Translations under genes and position numbers: made by a program
NCBI GenBank assembly: GCA_002937895.1
Contig: PTKV01000004.1
Coordinates: 11,496-75,495, forward strand
DNA: 64,000 bases
Direction of reading: 5' to 3'
Origin: Alphaproteobacteria bacterium MarineAlpha5_Bin9
GTDB taxonomy: Bacteria; Pseudomonadota; Alphaproteobacteria; HIMB59; GCA-002718135
Notes under the pieces: generated by a model
Database searches by the model: none
Told to the model about the DNA's origin: nothing
The model's input: only the letters and a program-made list of their open reading frames with translations
Shown here: piece by piece, positions 10,758 through 22,314 of the stretch
How the letters are laid out: the number at the start of each line of letters is the position of its first letter
How positions within the stretch are numbered: the stretch's first letter is position 1

Positions 10758-10766
10758 GGTTAAAAT

Positions 10767-12305
10767 ATGGCAAAAGAAAAAATAAAAGTTATTAGAGAAG
10801 ATATGCTTCAAGTTGTCAAGAATGTTGCTCATGAAAAAAATCTTGAAAAAGATGAAGTGTTTATTGCTATGGAGCAAGCTTTAGAAAAAGCTGCCAGAGT
10901 CAAATATGGACAAGATAAAGATATTAGAGTTTCAATAAATAAGGAAAGTGGAGATATTGAACTTAATTCTTATATGGAAGTTGTAGAAAGTATAGATGAA
11001 GAAAATCAGTTAAATCAAATAAAAATATCTGATGCTTTAAAGATTGATTCAAAAATTACTACTGGTGAATTTATTAAACAAAAACTTCCCCCCTTTGAAT
11101 TTGGAAGAGTAGCAGCTCAAAATGCAAAAGGCGTTATAATTCAAAAGATTAGAGAATCTAATAAGGCAAAGCAGTATGAAGAATATAAAGATAAAATTGG
11201 AGAGATTATAAGTGGAGTAGTAAAGAGAACAGAATTTGGAAATGTGATAATAGATCTTGGCAAGGGAGAGGCTATTTTAAAAAGAGAAGAATTAATACCT
11301 CGCGAAGCATTCAAGAATGGTGATAGAATTAGAACATATATTTATGATGTAAAAGAAGATACAAAAGGATATCAGGTTTTTTTGTCGAGAACACACCCGC
11401 AATTTTTAGCAAAATTATTTACTCAAGAAGTCCCAGAGATTTTTGAGGGAGTTATTTCGATAAAAAGTGTTGCAAGAGATCCGGGATCAAGAGCAAAGAT
11501 TAGTGTTTTTGCAAATGATTCCACAATAGATCCAGTTGGTGCATGTGTAGGTATGAGGGGATCTAGGGTTCAAGCTGTTGTTAATGAGTTACAAGGAGAA
11601 AAAATAGATATTGTTATGTGGTCAGAAAATCAAGCAACTTTCTTAGCAAATGCTTTAGCTCCTGCAGAAATTTCAAAAATTTTTTTATATGAAGAAAAGA
11701 ATATGGTTGAAGCTGTAATTCCAGATAACCAATTAAGCATTGCTATAGGAAGAAAAGGTCAAAATGTAAAATTAGCTTCTTCTCTAACAAATTTAGAAAT
11801 TGATATAATTACTGAGGAAGAAGAAACCGAAAGAAGACAAGAAGAATTTAAAATTAAAACTAATATGTTTATAGAGTTATTGGATGTCGAGGATGTAATT
11901 GCACAATTGCTTGTAACAGAAGGCTATGTATCTATTGAAAGTATTGCTAACGAGAATGTATCAAGTTTAGAAAAAATTGAAGGATTTGACAATGCTTTAG
12001 CAAATGAACTTATTGAAAGAGCAAATAATTATATCAAAGGAGAGGAAAAAGATAATTTAAAAGTTATAGAAGAAAACAAAATTGAAGATGATCTTAAAAG
12101 CTTAGAAGGTCTGAATAATAAAATGTTAGCTTTATTAGCAACACACAATGTAAAAAATTTAGATGATTTTGCTGGACTTTCTACATATGATTTGCTCGAT
12201 AAAACTGAAGGAATTTTTAAAGATTTAGATATTGATGAATCAACAGTAAATAATATGATTATGAAAGCTAGAGAAAAATGGTTTAGCGAAGAAAAACAAA
12301 CTTAA
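10767..12305 (+). CDS. nusA: transcription termination/antitermination factor NusA
   Basis: 512 aa with S1 and KH domains (IAIGRKGQNVKLAS) and C-terminal acidic repeats. It is followed by infB. Confidence 0.95.
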   Translation: MAKEKIKVIREDMLQVVKNVAHEKNLEKDEVFIAMEQALEKAARVKYGQDKDIRVSINKESGDIELNSYMEVVESIDEENQLNQIKISDALKIDSKITTGEFIKQKLPPFEFGRVAAQNAKGVIIQKIRESNKAKQYEEYKDKIGEIISGVVKRTEFGNVIIDLGKGEAILKREELIPREAFKNGDRIRTYIYDVKEDTKGYQVFLSRTHPQFLAKLFTQEVPEIFEGVISIKSVARDPGSRAKISVFANDSTIDPVGACVGMRGSRVQAVVNELQGEKIDIVMWSENQATFLANALAPAEISKIFLYEEKNMVEAVIPDNQLSIAIGRKGQNVKLASSLTNLEIDIITEEEETERRQEEFKIKTNMFIELLDVEDVIAQLLVTEGYVSIESIANENVSSLEKIEGFDNALANELIERANNYIKGEEKDNLKVIEENKIEDDLKSLEGLNNKMLALLATHNVKNLDDFAGLSTYDLLDKTEGIFKDLDIDESTVNNMIMKAREKWFSEEKQT

Positions 12306-12321
12306 AGTAAGTGTATAAAAA

Positions 12322-14580
12322 TTGGAAAAAAAAGATAATAATAGAAAAAAAAGACCTCTTAAACTTTCTTCTGCTGGAAGATTACAACTAAGGAGAAATT
12401 TAGGTCCAAGTAAGCCAGGAGGTCCCCCTAGACAGGATAAGGGAAAAACAATACAAGTTGTTTTTAAAAATAGAAATAATAAACAACAAAAATCATCTAC
12501 CACAAAATCAAATTTAAGAGGATATTCATCTTTTAGAACTCAATCTACTCCTAAATTAAATACACCTTTTCAAACACCTTTTAAAAATAACAGAAATTTT
12601 ATTAAAAAGCCAAATAAGCTACAAGAAGAAAAAAAACATCTTACAAAAAAACAATCTCCCAAACTTAACGTTGATCAAGATGAAAAATCAGGAAAATTAA
12701 GTGTACATAAAGTTTTAGAAAAAGAAGCACAGGAGTATGATAAATTTCCAAGTTTAGCAAAAATAAAAAGAGCAAGAGAAAAAGAAAGACTTAAATCAAA
12801 TGAAGATATATCTGAAAATAAGATTTCAAGAGAAGTGATTATTCCCGAGATAATTACTGTTCAAGAGTTAGCTAATCGAATGGCAGAAAAAGTTGCTGAT
12901 GTTGTTAAATCATTGATGAAAAATGGAATTATGGCTAATGCAGCACAATCTTTAGAAGGAGATACTGCAGAATTAATTGCCACAGATTTAGGTCATAAAG
13001 TAAAAAGAATTACAGAAGATGATTTATTAAAAGGAATTGAAGATTTTAAAGATAACGAAAAAGATTTGTTACCAAGACCTCCTGTCGTTACAATAATGGG
13101 ACATGTAGATCATGGAAAAACTAGTATTTTAGATGCTTTGAGAAGCTCCAATGTAGTGTCAGGTGAAGCTGGTGGAATTACTCAACATATAGGAGCATAT
13201 CAAACTAAAAGTAATGGGAAACTTATAACCTATATAGATACTCCTGGACATGAGGCTTTTTCAAAAATGAGATCGCGAGGTGCCCAAACTACTGATATCG
13301 TCATTTTAGTAGTAGCAGCAAATGATAGTGTTAAACCTCAAACAATCGAAGCTATTTCACATGCAAAATCAGCTAAAGTACCTATCATAATAGCAATTAA
13401 TAAAATTGATTTGCCTGGAGCAGATCCTGACAAAGTGAGAAATGATTTATTAAATCATGAATTAATTGTTGAAAAATTACAAGGCGATATTTTAGATGTA
13501 GAGGTTTCAGCTACAAAAAAAACAAATCTTGATAAATTACAAGAAGCTATAATTCTTCAAGCAGACTTACTAAATTTAAGATCAAATCCTAACAGAAATG
13601 CTCGAGGTGTTATAATTGAATCTAAACTTGAAAAAGGTAAAGGACCTGTTGCTACTGTTTTAGTTCAAAAAGGATCTTTAAAAATTGGTGATATATTTGT
13701 TTCTGGTTCAGAATGGGGAAAAGTAAAAGCTCTTTTTGATGATAAGGGAGAAAAAGTATCTACAGCACCACCTTCCTTCCCTGTTGAAGTTTTAGGATTT
13801 GATTCTAATCCACTTGCAGGAGATGATTTTATAGTTGTAGAAAACGAAAACACAGCAAGAAAGGTTTCAGAATATAGAAAAAATAAGAATATAGAAAAAA
13901 AGAATACAGTTAATAAGACTAAATCAAATGTCCAAGAAATGTTTGCTCAAATAACAGTTGGGAAAAAAGCTAATCTTCCCGTTGTTATTAAAGCTGATGT
14001 TCAAGGTTCCGCTGAAGCTATTGATAATTCAATAAACAAGTTGTCAACTGATGAGGTCACTGCACAAGTTCTTTATAAGGGAGTTGGAGCTATAACTGAA
14101 AGTGATGTTGCTCTAGCAAATTCTAATACAGGATTCATTATTGGATTTAATGTAAGAGCGATACCACAAGCAAGGGATTTAGCAAAAAGAGATGGTGTTG
14201 ACATAAAATATTATTCAATAATTTATGAATTAATAGATGATATGAAAAAATTTATGGGAGGCTTATTATCTCCTGATATCAAAGAAAAAATAACTGGAAA
14301 TCTTGAAATTAGAGAGGTTTTTTCAATTTCTAAAATAGGTAATATTGCTGGATGTTATGTAAAAGAAGGTTATATAAAAAGAACATCAAAAGTAAGAATT
14401 TTAAGAGATAATGTTGTTATCCATGACGGAACTCTTGGAAGTTTAAAAAGATTTAAGGAAGAGGTAAAGGAAGTTCAGCAAAACTATGAATGTGGAGTTA
14501 TGATTCAAGACTACAATGATATAAAGATAAATGACATTATTGAAGCATACGAAATAAGTAAAACTGCTAGAACATTATAA
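12322..14580 (+). CDS. infB: translation initiation factor IF-2
   Basis: 752 aa with G-domain motifs GHVDHGKT, DTPGH and NKID. TTG start and a basic low-complexity N-terminus. Confidence 0.95.
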   Translation: MEKKDNNRKKRPLKLSSAGRLQLRRNLGPSKPGGPPRQDKGKTIQVVFKNRNNKQQKSSTTKSNLRGYSSFRTQSTPKLNTPFQTPFKNNRNFIKKPNKLQEEKKHLTKKQSPKLNVDQDEKSGKLSVHKVLEKEAQEYDKFPSLAKIKRAREKERLKSNEDISENKISREVIIPEIITVQELANRMAEKVADVVKSLMKNGIMANAAQSLEGDTAELIATDLGHKVKRITEDDLLKGIEDFKDNEKDLLPRPPVVTIMGHVDHGKTSILDALRSSNVVSGEAGGITQHIGAYQTKSNGKLITYIDTPGHEAFSKMRSRGAQTTDIVILVVAANDSVKPQTIEAISHAKSAKVPIIIAINKIDLPGADPDKVRNDLLNHELIVEKLQGDILDVEVSATKKTNLDKLQEAIILQADLLNLRSNPNRNARGVIIESKLEKGKGPVATVLVQKGSLKIGDIFVSGSEWGKVKALFDDKGEKVSTAPPSFPVEVLGFDSNPLAGDDFIVVENENTARKVSEYRKNKNIEKKNTVNKTKSNVQEMFAQITVGKKANLPVVIKADVQGSAEAIDNSINKLSTDEVTAQVLYKGVGAITESDVALANSNTGFIIGFNVRAIPQARDLAKRDGVDIKYYSIIYELIDDMKKFMGGLLSPDIKEKITGNLEIREVFSISKIGNIAGCYVKEGYIKRTSKVRILRDNVVIHDGTLGSLKRFKEEVKEVQQNYECGVMIQDYNDIKINDIIEAYEISKTARTL

Positions 14581-14589
14581 TAAGAATTT

Positions 14590-14973
14590 ATGTTAAAAGA
14601 TAAGATGCCTACTCAAAGGCAGCTCAGATATAGTGAAGTTATAAGAAGGATAATTAGCGATACTATAAGTAAAGGTAATATTTATATAGATCAATTTGAT
14701 TTGAGTAATATAACTATTTCTTTTGTTAAAGTATCAAAAGATTTTAAATTTGCATCAGTTTATATAATGCCTTTAGGAGGTTTAAACAAAGAATTCATTC
14801 TTAAAAAATTTAATGAAAACAAATATATTTTTAATAAAGCAATTTCAAAAGAGAAATTAAAATCAAAATACACTCCAAAAGTAAAATTTTTTTTAGATGA
14901 TACTTTTGAGGCAATTGATAAAATTGATAAATTGTTAAATAATAAAAAAATTATTAGAGACTTAAAAAAATGA
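14590..14973 (+). CDS. rbfA: ribosome-binding factor A
   Basis: 127 aa. Size, sequence and position between infB and truB all fit RbfA. Confidence 0.85.
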   Translation: MLKDKMPTQRQLRYSEVIRRIISDTISKGNIYIDQFDLSNITISFVKVSKDFKFASVYIMPLGGLNKEFILKKFNENKYIFNKAISKEKLKSKYTPKVKFFLDDTFEAIDKIDKLLNNKKIIRDLKK

Positions 14974-15869
14974 CAGATAATGGTTGGATAAATTTATATA
15001 AACCCCCTAATATAACTTCGTTTAAAGCTATTAATAAAATTAAAAAAAAATTTAATTTAAAAAAAATTGGCCATGCAGGAACTCTAGATCCAAATGCAGA
15101 AGGCATCCTTCCTATTGCTTTTGGAAGAACTACAAAGCTTATTTCATTTATTAATAATAGTCGTAAAGAATATTATTTTGAAATAACCTGGGGCTCACAA
15201 ACTGTTACTGATGATAAAGATGGAGAGGTTATTGCAAGATCTAAAAATATTCCAAATTATAATGAAATAGAAAATAAGTTAAAATTTTTTCTTGGAAATA
15301 TAATGCAAAAACCTCCTAAAGTTTCTGCTGTGAAAATTAATGGCAAAAGAGCTTATAAAAGAGTTTTAAAGAAGGAGCAATTTGAAACAAATTTTAAATT
15401 TGTTAAAGTTTATCAATTAAAAATAATTGATTTTCCTTCAAAATTTATAACTAAATTTTTCATAGAATGTGGAAAGGGCTTTTATATAAGGAGTTTTGCT
15501 AGAGACTTAGCGGAAACTTTAAATTCTAAAGCTCATATATCCTTTTTGAAACGCTCATCAGTTGGAAAATTTAAAGAAAATAATTCGATTTTACTGGACG
15601 ATTTGCTAAAAATAGGACAAATGGATTTTGGAATTAATGGTATTAATAATTCAATATCAATGCTGGACGACATCCCGGCGATAAAAATTGATAGTAATGA
15701 TTTAATTAAAGATATTTCCTATGGAAAAAAAATAAAAATTAATTCATTTGAATATGAAACATTAATTAATAAAAATAACAAAGTTTTATTTGCTATAAAT
15801 AAAGAAAATATTATTTCAATAGGAAATTTAAATAACGGTTATTTTTTACCAAAAAAAGTATTTATATAG
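14970..15869 (+). CDS. truB: tRNA pseudouridine55 synthase
   Basis: 299 aa with the catalytic motif GHAGTLDP. Confidence 0.9.
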   Translation: MTDNGWINLYKPPNITSFKAINKIKKKFNLKKIGHAGTLDPNAEGILPIAFGRTTKLISFINNSRKEYYFEITWGSQTVTDDKDGEVIARSKNIPNYNEIENKLKFFLGNIMQKPPKVSAVKINGKRAYKRVLKKEQFETNFKFVKVYQLKIIDFPSKFITKFFIECGKGFYIRSFARDLAETLNSKAHISFLKRSSVGKFKENNSILLDDLLKIGQMDFGINGINNSISMLDDIPAIKIDSNDLIKDISYGKKIKINSFEYETLINKNNKVLFAINKENIISIGNLNNGYFLPKKVFI

Positions 15870-15877
15870 GAGGTGCG

Positions 15878-16153
15878 ATGTCGATTGATAAAAATGAAAA
15901 AAAAGAAATAATTTCTAAATTTGCAGTTAATGAAAATGATACAGGCTCAACTGTAGTTCAGATAGTATTATTAACTAAAAAAATTCAAAATTTAACAGAG
16001 CATTTTAAAAAACATAAAGGAGATAATCACTCTAAAATGGGATTACTTGCTATGGTCAATAGAAGAAAAAAGCTCCTTAGTTATTTGCATAGAAAAGATA
16101 ATCAAAAATATAAAGAAATTGTAAAAGAATTTAATATTAGAAGTAAAATTTAA
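15878..16153 (+). CDS. rpsO: 30S ribosomal protein S15
   Basis: 91 aa S15-like sequence preceded by a strong GGAGGTG Shine-Dalgarno sequence. Confidence 0.93.
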   Translation: MSIDKNEKKEIISKFAVNENDTGSTVVQIVLLTKKIQNLTEHFKKHKGDNHSKMGLLAMVNRRKKLLSYLHRKDNQKYKEIVKEFNIRSKI

Positions 16154-16168
16154 TAATATAGGAAAAAT

Positions 16169-18253
16169 ATGTTTAATGAAATTGTAAAAAAAATTGAATG
16201 GTGTGGTAAGGAATTAAAAATAGAAACTGGTAAAATTGCCAGACAAGCTGAAGCTTCCGTATTAGTAACTTATGGTGGAACAACAGTAATGTCAAATGTA
16301 ACAGCATCAAAAAAAATAAATCCCGAAATAGATTTTTTCCCCTTAACAGTAAATTATCAGGAAAAATTTTATTCAGTGGGAAAAATTCCCGGAGGATTTT
16401 TTAAGAGAGAGGGAAGACCAACAGAAAAAGAAACTTTGGTATCAAGGTTAATTGACAGACCTATAAGGCCTTTATTTCATAAAGATTTTAAAAATGAAAC
16501 ACAGGTCATTTGCACTGTTCTATCTCATGATCAAGAAAATGATTCCGATATTGTTGCCCTTATTGCTTCGAGCGTTGCGATTACTTTATCAGGTTTACCT
16601 TTTTTAGGTCCTTTAGGGGCCTCAAAGGTTGCTTTAGTAAATGATAAATTGATTGCAAACCCTTCGCTAAGTCAGTTAAAAGACTCTACTTTGGATCTTG
16701 TAGTAGCAGGAACAAAAAAAGGTGTTTTGATGGTTGAATCTGAAGCTAATCAATTATCTGAAGATCAAATGCTTGAAGCGGTAGTTTTTGGAAAAAAATC
16801 TTATGAACCTGTAATAGATTTAATTGTTGATATAGCTAAGAAAGCAGCAAAAGATCCCTGGATTATTGATGAACAAGAAAAAGAAGTTCTTGAATTACCA
16901 AACAATATAAGTGATCAATATTTTGATAAATTCAATGATATTTATTTGATTAAAGAGAAACAAAAAAGATCAAACGCACTCGAAATAACTAGAAATGAAA
17001 TTGTTGAAAAGTTTTCTTCTGAAACTTTAAACTCTGTAATTGTTAGTGATGCTATAAAGTCACTGGAAAAAGATATTGTTAGAAGCAGGCTTATTCAAAA
17101 AGGAAATAGAATAGACGGTAGAGATACAAAAACAATAAGGCCTATTGAATGTCAGGTTGGTTTTTTAGAAAGAACGCATGGCTCAGCTATTTTCACAAGG
17201 GGTGAAACTCAAGCCATAGTTATTACAACACTTGGAACTGGACTAGACGAACAAAGAATTGATGCTATTGAAGGAGAATATAAAGAAAACTTTATGCTTC
17301 ATTATAATTTTCCTCCATATTCTGTAGGTGAGGTAGGAAGAGTTGGTTCTACAAGTAGAAGAGAAATTGGCCATGGAAAACTTGCTTGGAGAGCTATTCA
17401 TCCGATGCTGCCCACAAATGAAGAATTTCCTTATACTTTTAGAGTTGTTTCAGAAATTACTGAGTCAAACGGCTCTAGTTCTATGGCAACAGTTTGTGGA
17501 ACATCATTGTCATTAATGGATGCAGGAGTGCCAATTAAAAAACCAATAGCAGGTATTGCTATGGGATTAATTAAAGAAAAAGAAAAATATGTTATTTTGT
17601 CTGATATTTTAGGAGATGAAGATCATTTGGGTGACATGGATTTTAAAGTAGCTGGAACTAAAGATGGAATTACTTCTTTACAGATGGATATTAAAATAAC
17701 AAGTATAACTACTGAAATAATGAGTGAAGCACTTAACCAAGCTAAAGAAGGAAGACTCCATATATTGGAAGAAATGTCAAAGGCTATTGATAAAAGCAGA
17801 AAAAATATTTCAAACTTTGCTCCTTCAATAACAACTATGCAAGTTAATAAAGAAAAAATTAAAGATGTTATAGGAAAAGGCGGTGCTGTAATCAGAGAAA
17901 TTACTGAAAAAACTGGAGCAAAAATTGAAATTAATGACGCTGGATTAGTTAGTATTGCATCCGTAGATGGAGATTCAGGTAAAGCAGCAATAGAATGGAT
18001 AAAGGGCATTGTTGCAGAGCCTGAAATTGGAAAAACATATGAGGGAAAAGTAGTTAAATTAATGGATTTTGGAGCTTTTGTTAATTTTTTAGGCGCTAAA
18101 GATGGATTAGTTCATATTAGTCAGTTAAAAAACGAAAGAGTTGAAAAGGTTTCAGATGTTGTCAGTGAAGGAGATTTGGTGAAAGTTAAAGTTTTGGATG
18201 TTGATCAAAAAGGTAAAATAAAACTATCAATGAAAGAAGCAGATAAAGAATAG
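16169..18253 (+). CDS. pnp: polyribonucleotide nucleotidyltransferase (PNPase)
   Basis: 694 aa with two RNase PH domains and C-terminal KH and S1 domains, in the rpsO-pnp order. Confidence 0.95.
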   Translation: MFNEIVKKIEWCGKELKIETGKIARQAEASVLVTYGGTTVMSNVTASKKINPEIDFFPLTVNYQEKFYSVGKIPGGFFKREGRPTEKETLVSRLIDRPIRPLFHKDFKNETQVICTVLSHDQENDSDIVALIASSVAITLSGLPFLGPLGASKVALVNDKLIANPSLSQLKDSTLDLVVAGTKKGVLMVESEANQLSEDQMLEAVVFGKKSYEPVIDLIVDIAKKAAKDPWIIDEQEKEVLELPNNISDQYFDKFNDIYLIKEKQKRSNALEITRNEIVEKFSSETLNSVIVSDAIKSLEKDIVRSRLIQKGNRIDGRDTKTIRPIECQVGFLERTHGSAIFTRGETQAIVITTLGTGLDEQRIDAIEGEYKENFMLHYNFPPYSVGEVGRVGSTSRREIGHGKLAWRAIHPMLPTNEEFPYTFRVVSEITESNGSSSMATVCGTSLSLMDAGVPIKKPIAGIAMGLIKEKEKYVILSDILGDEDHLGDMDFKVAGTKDGITSLQMDIKITSITTEIMSEALNQAKEGRLHILEEMSKAIDKSRKNISNFAPSITTMQVNKEKIKDVIGKGGAVIREITEKTGAKIEINDAGLVSIASVDGDSGKAAIEWIKGIVAEPEIGKTYEGKVVKLMDFGAFVNFLGAKDGLVHISQLKNERVEKVSDVVSEGDLVKVKVLDVDQKGKIKLSMKEADKE

Positions 18254-18258
18254 TTTTT

Positions 18259-19011
18259 ATGACCTTGCAACTTCCCAAACTAATAGGTCATAGGGGGGTT
18301 AAAGATATAGCTCCTGAAAATACAATTGAATCAATTAAAAGTGCGATTAACTTTGGTTTAAATTGGGTCGAAATAGATGTAAAAATCTCCAAAGATCAAA
18401 AACCTTTTTTACTTCATGATGATACATTAGATAGAACTACTTCTGGTAAAGGCAGTCCTTTAGAATTTAAATATAAAGAAATAATAAAATTAAATGCTGG
18501 AAAGTGGTTTGATAAAAAATATAGAAATGTACATCCCCCATCTTTGGAATCTGTATTATCTTTGTGTTTAAATAATAAAGTAGGGGTTAATATTGAATTA
18601 AAACCAAATAAAGGTTTTGAACAATTAAACGTAAAGGCTGTATCTGAAATAGTGAAAAAATTTAATATGGATTATTATTTTTCTAGTTTTGATTGGAAAT
18701 CTGTAATTTTAATTAAAAAATTAAATAAAAACTTTAATGTGGGTGTTTTAATAGATAAATTTAAAAACTTTTCAGATTTAGAGAAGATAGTAGCTCAATG
18801 TTGTAAATATAATTTTTTTTCTTGTAGTTTTAATATTGAATTAATTAATGAGAAAGTAGTATCAATTTGTAAAAATAAAGGAATCCATGTTGGTGTTTAT
18901 TCTACTCAAAATATAGAAATTAACGAAGCATTTCACTTGTGGAGAATAGGTGTAGATACTATTTTTATAGACAATCCAAAGAATTATAAAAGAATTATAA
19001 AAGATATTTAG
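18259..19011 (+). CDS. ugpQ: glycerophosphodiester phosphodiesterase
   Basis: 250 aa with the GDPD motif IGHRG..APENT. Confidence 0.8.
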   Translation: MTLQLPKLIGHRGVKDIAPENTIESIKSAINFGLNWVEIDVKISKDQKPFLLHDDTLDRTTSGKGSPLEFKYKEIIKLNAGKWFDKKYRNVHPPSLESVLSLCLNNKVGVNIELKPNKGFEQLNVKAVSEIVKKFNMDYYFSSFDWKSVILIKKLNKNFNVGVLIDKFKNFSDLEKIVAQCCKYNFFSCSFNIELINEKVVSICKNKGIHVGVYSTQNIEINEAFHLWRIGVDTIFIDNPKNYKRIIKDI

Positions 19012-19778
19012 GTTTTAGGCATTCCTATTACATTATAACCACAATCAACATAGTGAATTTCTCCGGTAACTCCTTTTGACATATCACTAGATAGATAAAC
19101 TGCTGTATTTCCAATCTCTTCTAGACTGACATTTCTTTTTAAAGGAGAATTATTTTTAGTAAAATTAAAAACATCTCTTGAATTCCCTATTACTGCTCCT
19201 GATAATGTTCTCATTGGACTTGCAGATATAGCATTAACCCTAATATTATTTGATCCAAGATCTACACTTAAATATTTAACACTTGCTTCAAGAGCTGCCT
19301 TAGCTACGCCCATTACATTATAGTTAGGCATAACTTTTTTAGCGCCATGAAAAGTTAATGTGGTTAAGCTGCCTCCATTTTTCATATAATGTGAAGCTAA
19401 AAAAGCTATTTTAGTAAAAGAATAACATGAAATATTTAGCGTATTAATAAAATTTTCTTTAGATGTTATTAAATATTTTCCGCTCAATTCTTCTTTATCT
19501 GAAAATGCAAGAGAATGAACAATAAAATCTATATTATCCCAGTGATTACCCACTTCTTGAAAACATTTTTCCAAATCTGCTTCTATAGAAACATCACATT
19601 TAATTAATTTTTCACTATCAACTTTTTCTGATAAAGGTTGCACTCTTCTTAGAAGAGATTCATTCTGATAGGTTATAATTAAAGAAGCATTATTTTCTTT
19701 TAATTTCTTTGCAATACCCCATGCAATAGAATGATCATTTGCTATACCAAATACAATTCCTTTTTTTCCAGATAACAT
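19008..19778 (-). CDS. fabI: enoyl-ACP reductase (NADH)
   Basis: 256 aa SDR with the FabI-type N-terminus GIANDHSIAWGIAK. Confidence 0.9.
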   Translation of the reverse strand: MLSGKKGIVFGIANDHSIAWGIAKKLKENNASLIITYQNESLLRRVQPLSEKVDSEKLIKCDVSIEADLEKCFQEVGNHWDNIDFIVHSLAFSDKEELSGKYLITSKENFINTLNISCYSFTKIAFLASHYMKNGGSLTTLTFHGAKKVMPNYNVMGVAKAALEASVKYLSVDLGSNNIRVNAISASPMRTLSGAVIGNSRDVFNFTKNNSPLKRNVSLEEIGNTAVYLSSDMSKGVTGEIHYVDCGYNVIGMPKT

Positions 19779-20987
19779 TTAAATTTTTGAAAAAATTAAA
19801 CAAGCATTTGTGCCGCCAAATCCAAAACTATTTGACATTATTTTATTTATGCTTGTTGATTCAATTGTTTTAGTTAATATATTAAATTCTTTTGCTTGTG
19901 GATCAATGTTTTCTATATTTGCTGAACCTGATAAAAAATTATTATTCATCATTAATAAGCAATAAATAGCCTCTTGAACTCCTGTAGCCCCAAGAGAATG
20001 ACCTGTTAAAGATTTTGTAGAGCTAATATAAGGATTTTTATTTCCAAATACTTTTTTTATTGAATCTAACTCAACGATATCACCTAATTGTGTGCTAGTT
20101 CCATGAGTATTAATATAGTCTATATCTAAATTAGATTCTAAAGCTTGCTTCATGCATCTCTCTGCACCTTCACCAGAAGGTTGAACCATATCATATCCAT
20201 CTGATGTAGCTCCATATCCTGTTATTTCTGCATATATTTTTGCTCCCCTAGCTTTAGCATGCTCATACTCTTCTAACACTATAGTTCCACCTCCTCCAGC
20301 AATGACAAAACCATCTCTATTGACATCATATGCTCTTGAAGATTTAGTTGGATTATCATTGTATTTTGATGATAACGCACCCATAGCATCGAATAAAACT
20401 GATAGTGTCCAATGTAATTCTTCACCACCACCTGCAAAAACTATATTTTGTTTTCCTAATTGGATAATTTCATATGCATTACCAATACAATGACTACTAG
20501 TTGAGCAAGCTGATGAAATTGAATAGTTTACACCTTTTATTTTAAAAGCATTTGCCAAATTTGCTGATGTGCTACTAGACATAGTTCTTGGAACCATGTA
20601 TGGACCTATTTTTTTTGCTCCTTTAGATTTAGTTATTTCTGCAGCCTTATATAAATTTTCAGTTGAAGGACCTCCTGAACCTGTAATAATCCCAGTAGTT
20701 TCATTAGAAATATTTTTATCTGTTAATCCAGAATCTATAATAGCATTTTTCATTGAAATGTAATTAAAAGCTGCGCCTTCTCCCATGAATCTCAAAATTT
20801 TTCTATCAATATGTTCTTCAAGATTAATATTTGGCTTGCCATGAACCAAGCTTCTAAATCCAAATTCTTTATATTCATCTGCTTTAGAAATACCTGAATT
20901 AAGATTTTTTAAACTATTTATTACTTCTGTTTGGGAGTTACCAATACAAGAAATTATTCCTATGCCAGTTATAACAACTCTCTTCAT
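19779..20987 (-). CDS. fabB: 3-oxoacyl-ACP synthase I
   Basis: 402 aa with an active-site Cys (SACSTSSHC) and His motifs ([17 protein letters not shown]). It lies downstream of fabA. Confidence 0.88.
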   Translation of the reverse strand: MKRVVITGIGIISCIGNSQTEVINSLKNLNSGISKADEYKEFGFRSLVHGKPNINLEEHIDRKILRFMGEGAAFNYISMKNAIIDSGLTDKNISNETTGIITGSGGPSTENLYKAAEITKSKGAKKIGPYMVPRTMSSSTSANLANAFKIKGVNYSISSACSTSSHCIGNAYEIIQLGKQNIVFAGGGEELHWTLSVLFDAMGALSSKYNDNPTKSSRAYDVNRDGFVIAGGGGTIVLEEYEHAKARGAKIYAEITGYGATSDGYDMVQPSGEGAERCMKQALESNLDIDYINTHGTSTQLGDIVELDSIKKVFGNKNPYISSTKSLTGHSLGATGVQEAIYCLLMMNNNFLSGSANIENIDPQAKEFNILTKTIESTSINKIMSNSFGFGGTNACLIFSKI

Positions 20988-20993
20988 ATTAAT

Positions 20994-21500
20994 TTAATTT
21001 TTAGGAATAAATAAACCAACTTTCATATCTTTAACTTGGTATATTTGTTCACCATCTGCTTTCATAATTCCATCAGCTATTCCCATAATTAATTTTCTTA
21101 GTATTAAACGTTTAATTGAAATTTGATATGTGACTTTTTTAACTGATTTAATAACTTGACCTGAAAATTTTACTTCTCCTACACCTAAAGCTCTTCCTTT
21201 TCCCGGTTGTCCCAACCAGCCTAAATAAAAACCTAATAGCTGCCACATTGCATCTAACCCTAAACATCCCGGCATAACAGGATCATCTTTAAAATGACAA
21301 TCAAAAAACCAAAGATCTGGTTTAACATCTAATTCTGCAATTATTTCCCCTTTATTATATTTGCCGCCAATTTCATTAATATTTGAAATTCTATCAAACA
21401 TTAGCATTGGAGGCAAGGGAAGCTGAGCATTGCCTTTCCCGAATAAAATACCTTTAGCACAATCAATTAGCTGATCGTATGTAAATGAATTAAGTTTCAT
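20994..21500 (-). CDS. fabA: 3-hydroxydecanoyl-ACP dehydratase/isomerase
   Basis: 168 aa with the motif [24 protein letters not shown]. Confidence 0.9.
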   Translation of the reverse strand: MKLNSFTYDQLIDCAKGILFGKGNAQLPLPPMLMFDRISNINEIGGKYNKGEIIAELDVKPDLWFFDCHFKDDPVMPGCLGLDAMWQLLGFYLGWLGQPGKGRALGVGEVKFSGQVIKSVKKVTYQISIKRLILRKLIMGIADGIMKADGEQIYQVKDMKVGLFIPKN

Positions 21501-21544
21501 AATTGATAGAAAATCTATATCACTAAAAAATAAAAATAAAATAA

Positions 21545-22297
21545 TTAATACAACATATAATTAGAGCAATTTTTGTTTGTTTCGATACTTATTTTTTGTA
21601 AAGTAAGATTTTTTGAACTTACCAAGATCAATTTATCTAAATTTTCTTTATTTTTTAGTAAAAAATTGATAGCTAATTGTGTAGCAACTAAAGCAGTTAA
21701 TCCTGCCACAGATCCCAAAACACCAACTTGATCACACCTTGATATCATAGGCTCTTTTTCACTGGGATACAGACATTTAAGGCAAATATGCTTATTTTTA
21801 TGATTTTTAAACAAAATTACCTGGCCATCGAATCCTACAACTGAACAGCTTAGCAAAGGTATATGCTTTTTTACAGCATAATTATTAATTAAGCTCATTG
21901 TTTTTAAATTATCAGTGCAATCAATAATTAAATTTGAATCAAATAAATGATTATTTATATTTTTAGAATTTATTTTTTTATCAATTGCAAGAATGTTACT
22001 ATCAGGGTTAATTTTATTTAATCTTAATTTTGCTATTTCAACTTTTTTTTTGTTTATATTTTTGACATCATATAAAGTTTGTCTATTTAAATTGCTAAGT
22101 TTTATTATATCATCATCAATAATTTTTATATTCCTTATTCCAGATGAAATAAGATATTGAGAAATAGGACAGCCAATGCCACCCATTCCAACAATTGCAA
22201 TCTTATTATTTCTAAAAGAATTAAATTTTATTTCACTAAATTCTTTAAGTATTATTTGCCTAGCAAAAATTTTATATTCTCTATCTGATATACTCAA
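21545..22297 (-). CDS. ThiF/MoeB/HesA-family E1-like adenylyltransferase
   Basis: 250 aa with the nucleotide-binding loop GMGGIGC and a CLKC ... C cysteine cluster. It has no rhodanese domain and no adjacent ThiS/MoaD-size ORF. Confidence 0.8.
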   Translation of the reverse strand: MSISDREYKIFARQIILKEFSEIKFNSFRNNKIAIVGMGGIGCPISQYLISSGIRNIKIIDDDIIKLSNLNRQTLYDVKNINKKKVEIAKLRLNKINPDSNILAIDKKINSKNINNHLFDSNLIIDCTDNLKTMSLINNYAVKKHIPLLSCSVVGFDGQVILFKNHKNKHICLKCLYPSEKEPMISRCDQVGVLGSVAGLTALVATQLAINFLLKNKENLDKLILVSSKNLTLQKISIETNKNCSNYMLY

Positions 22298-22314
22298 AAA
22301 ATCACCAGTGTCTT

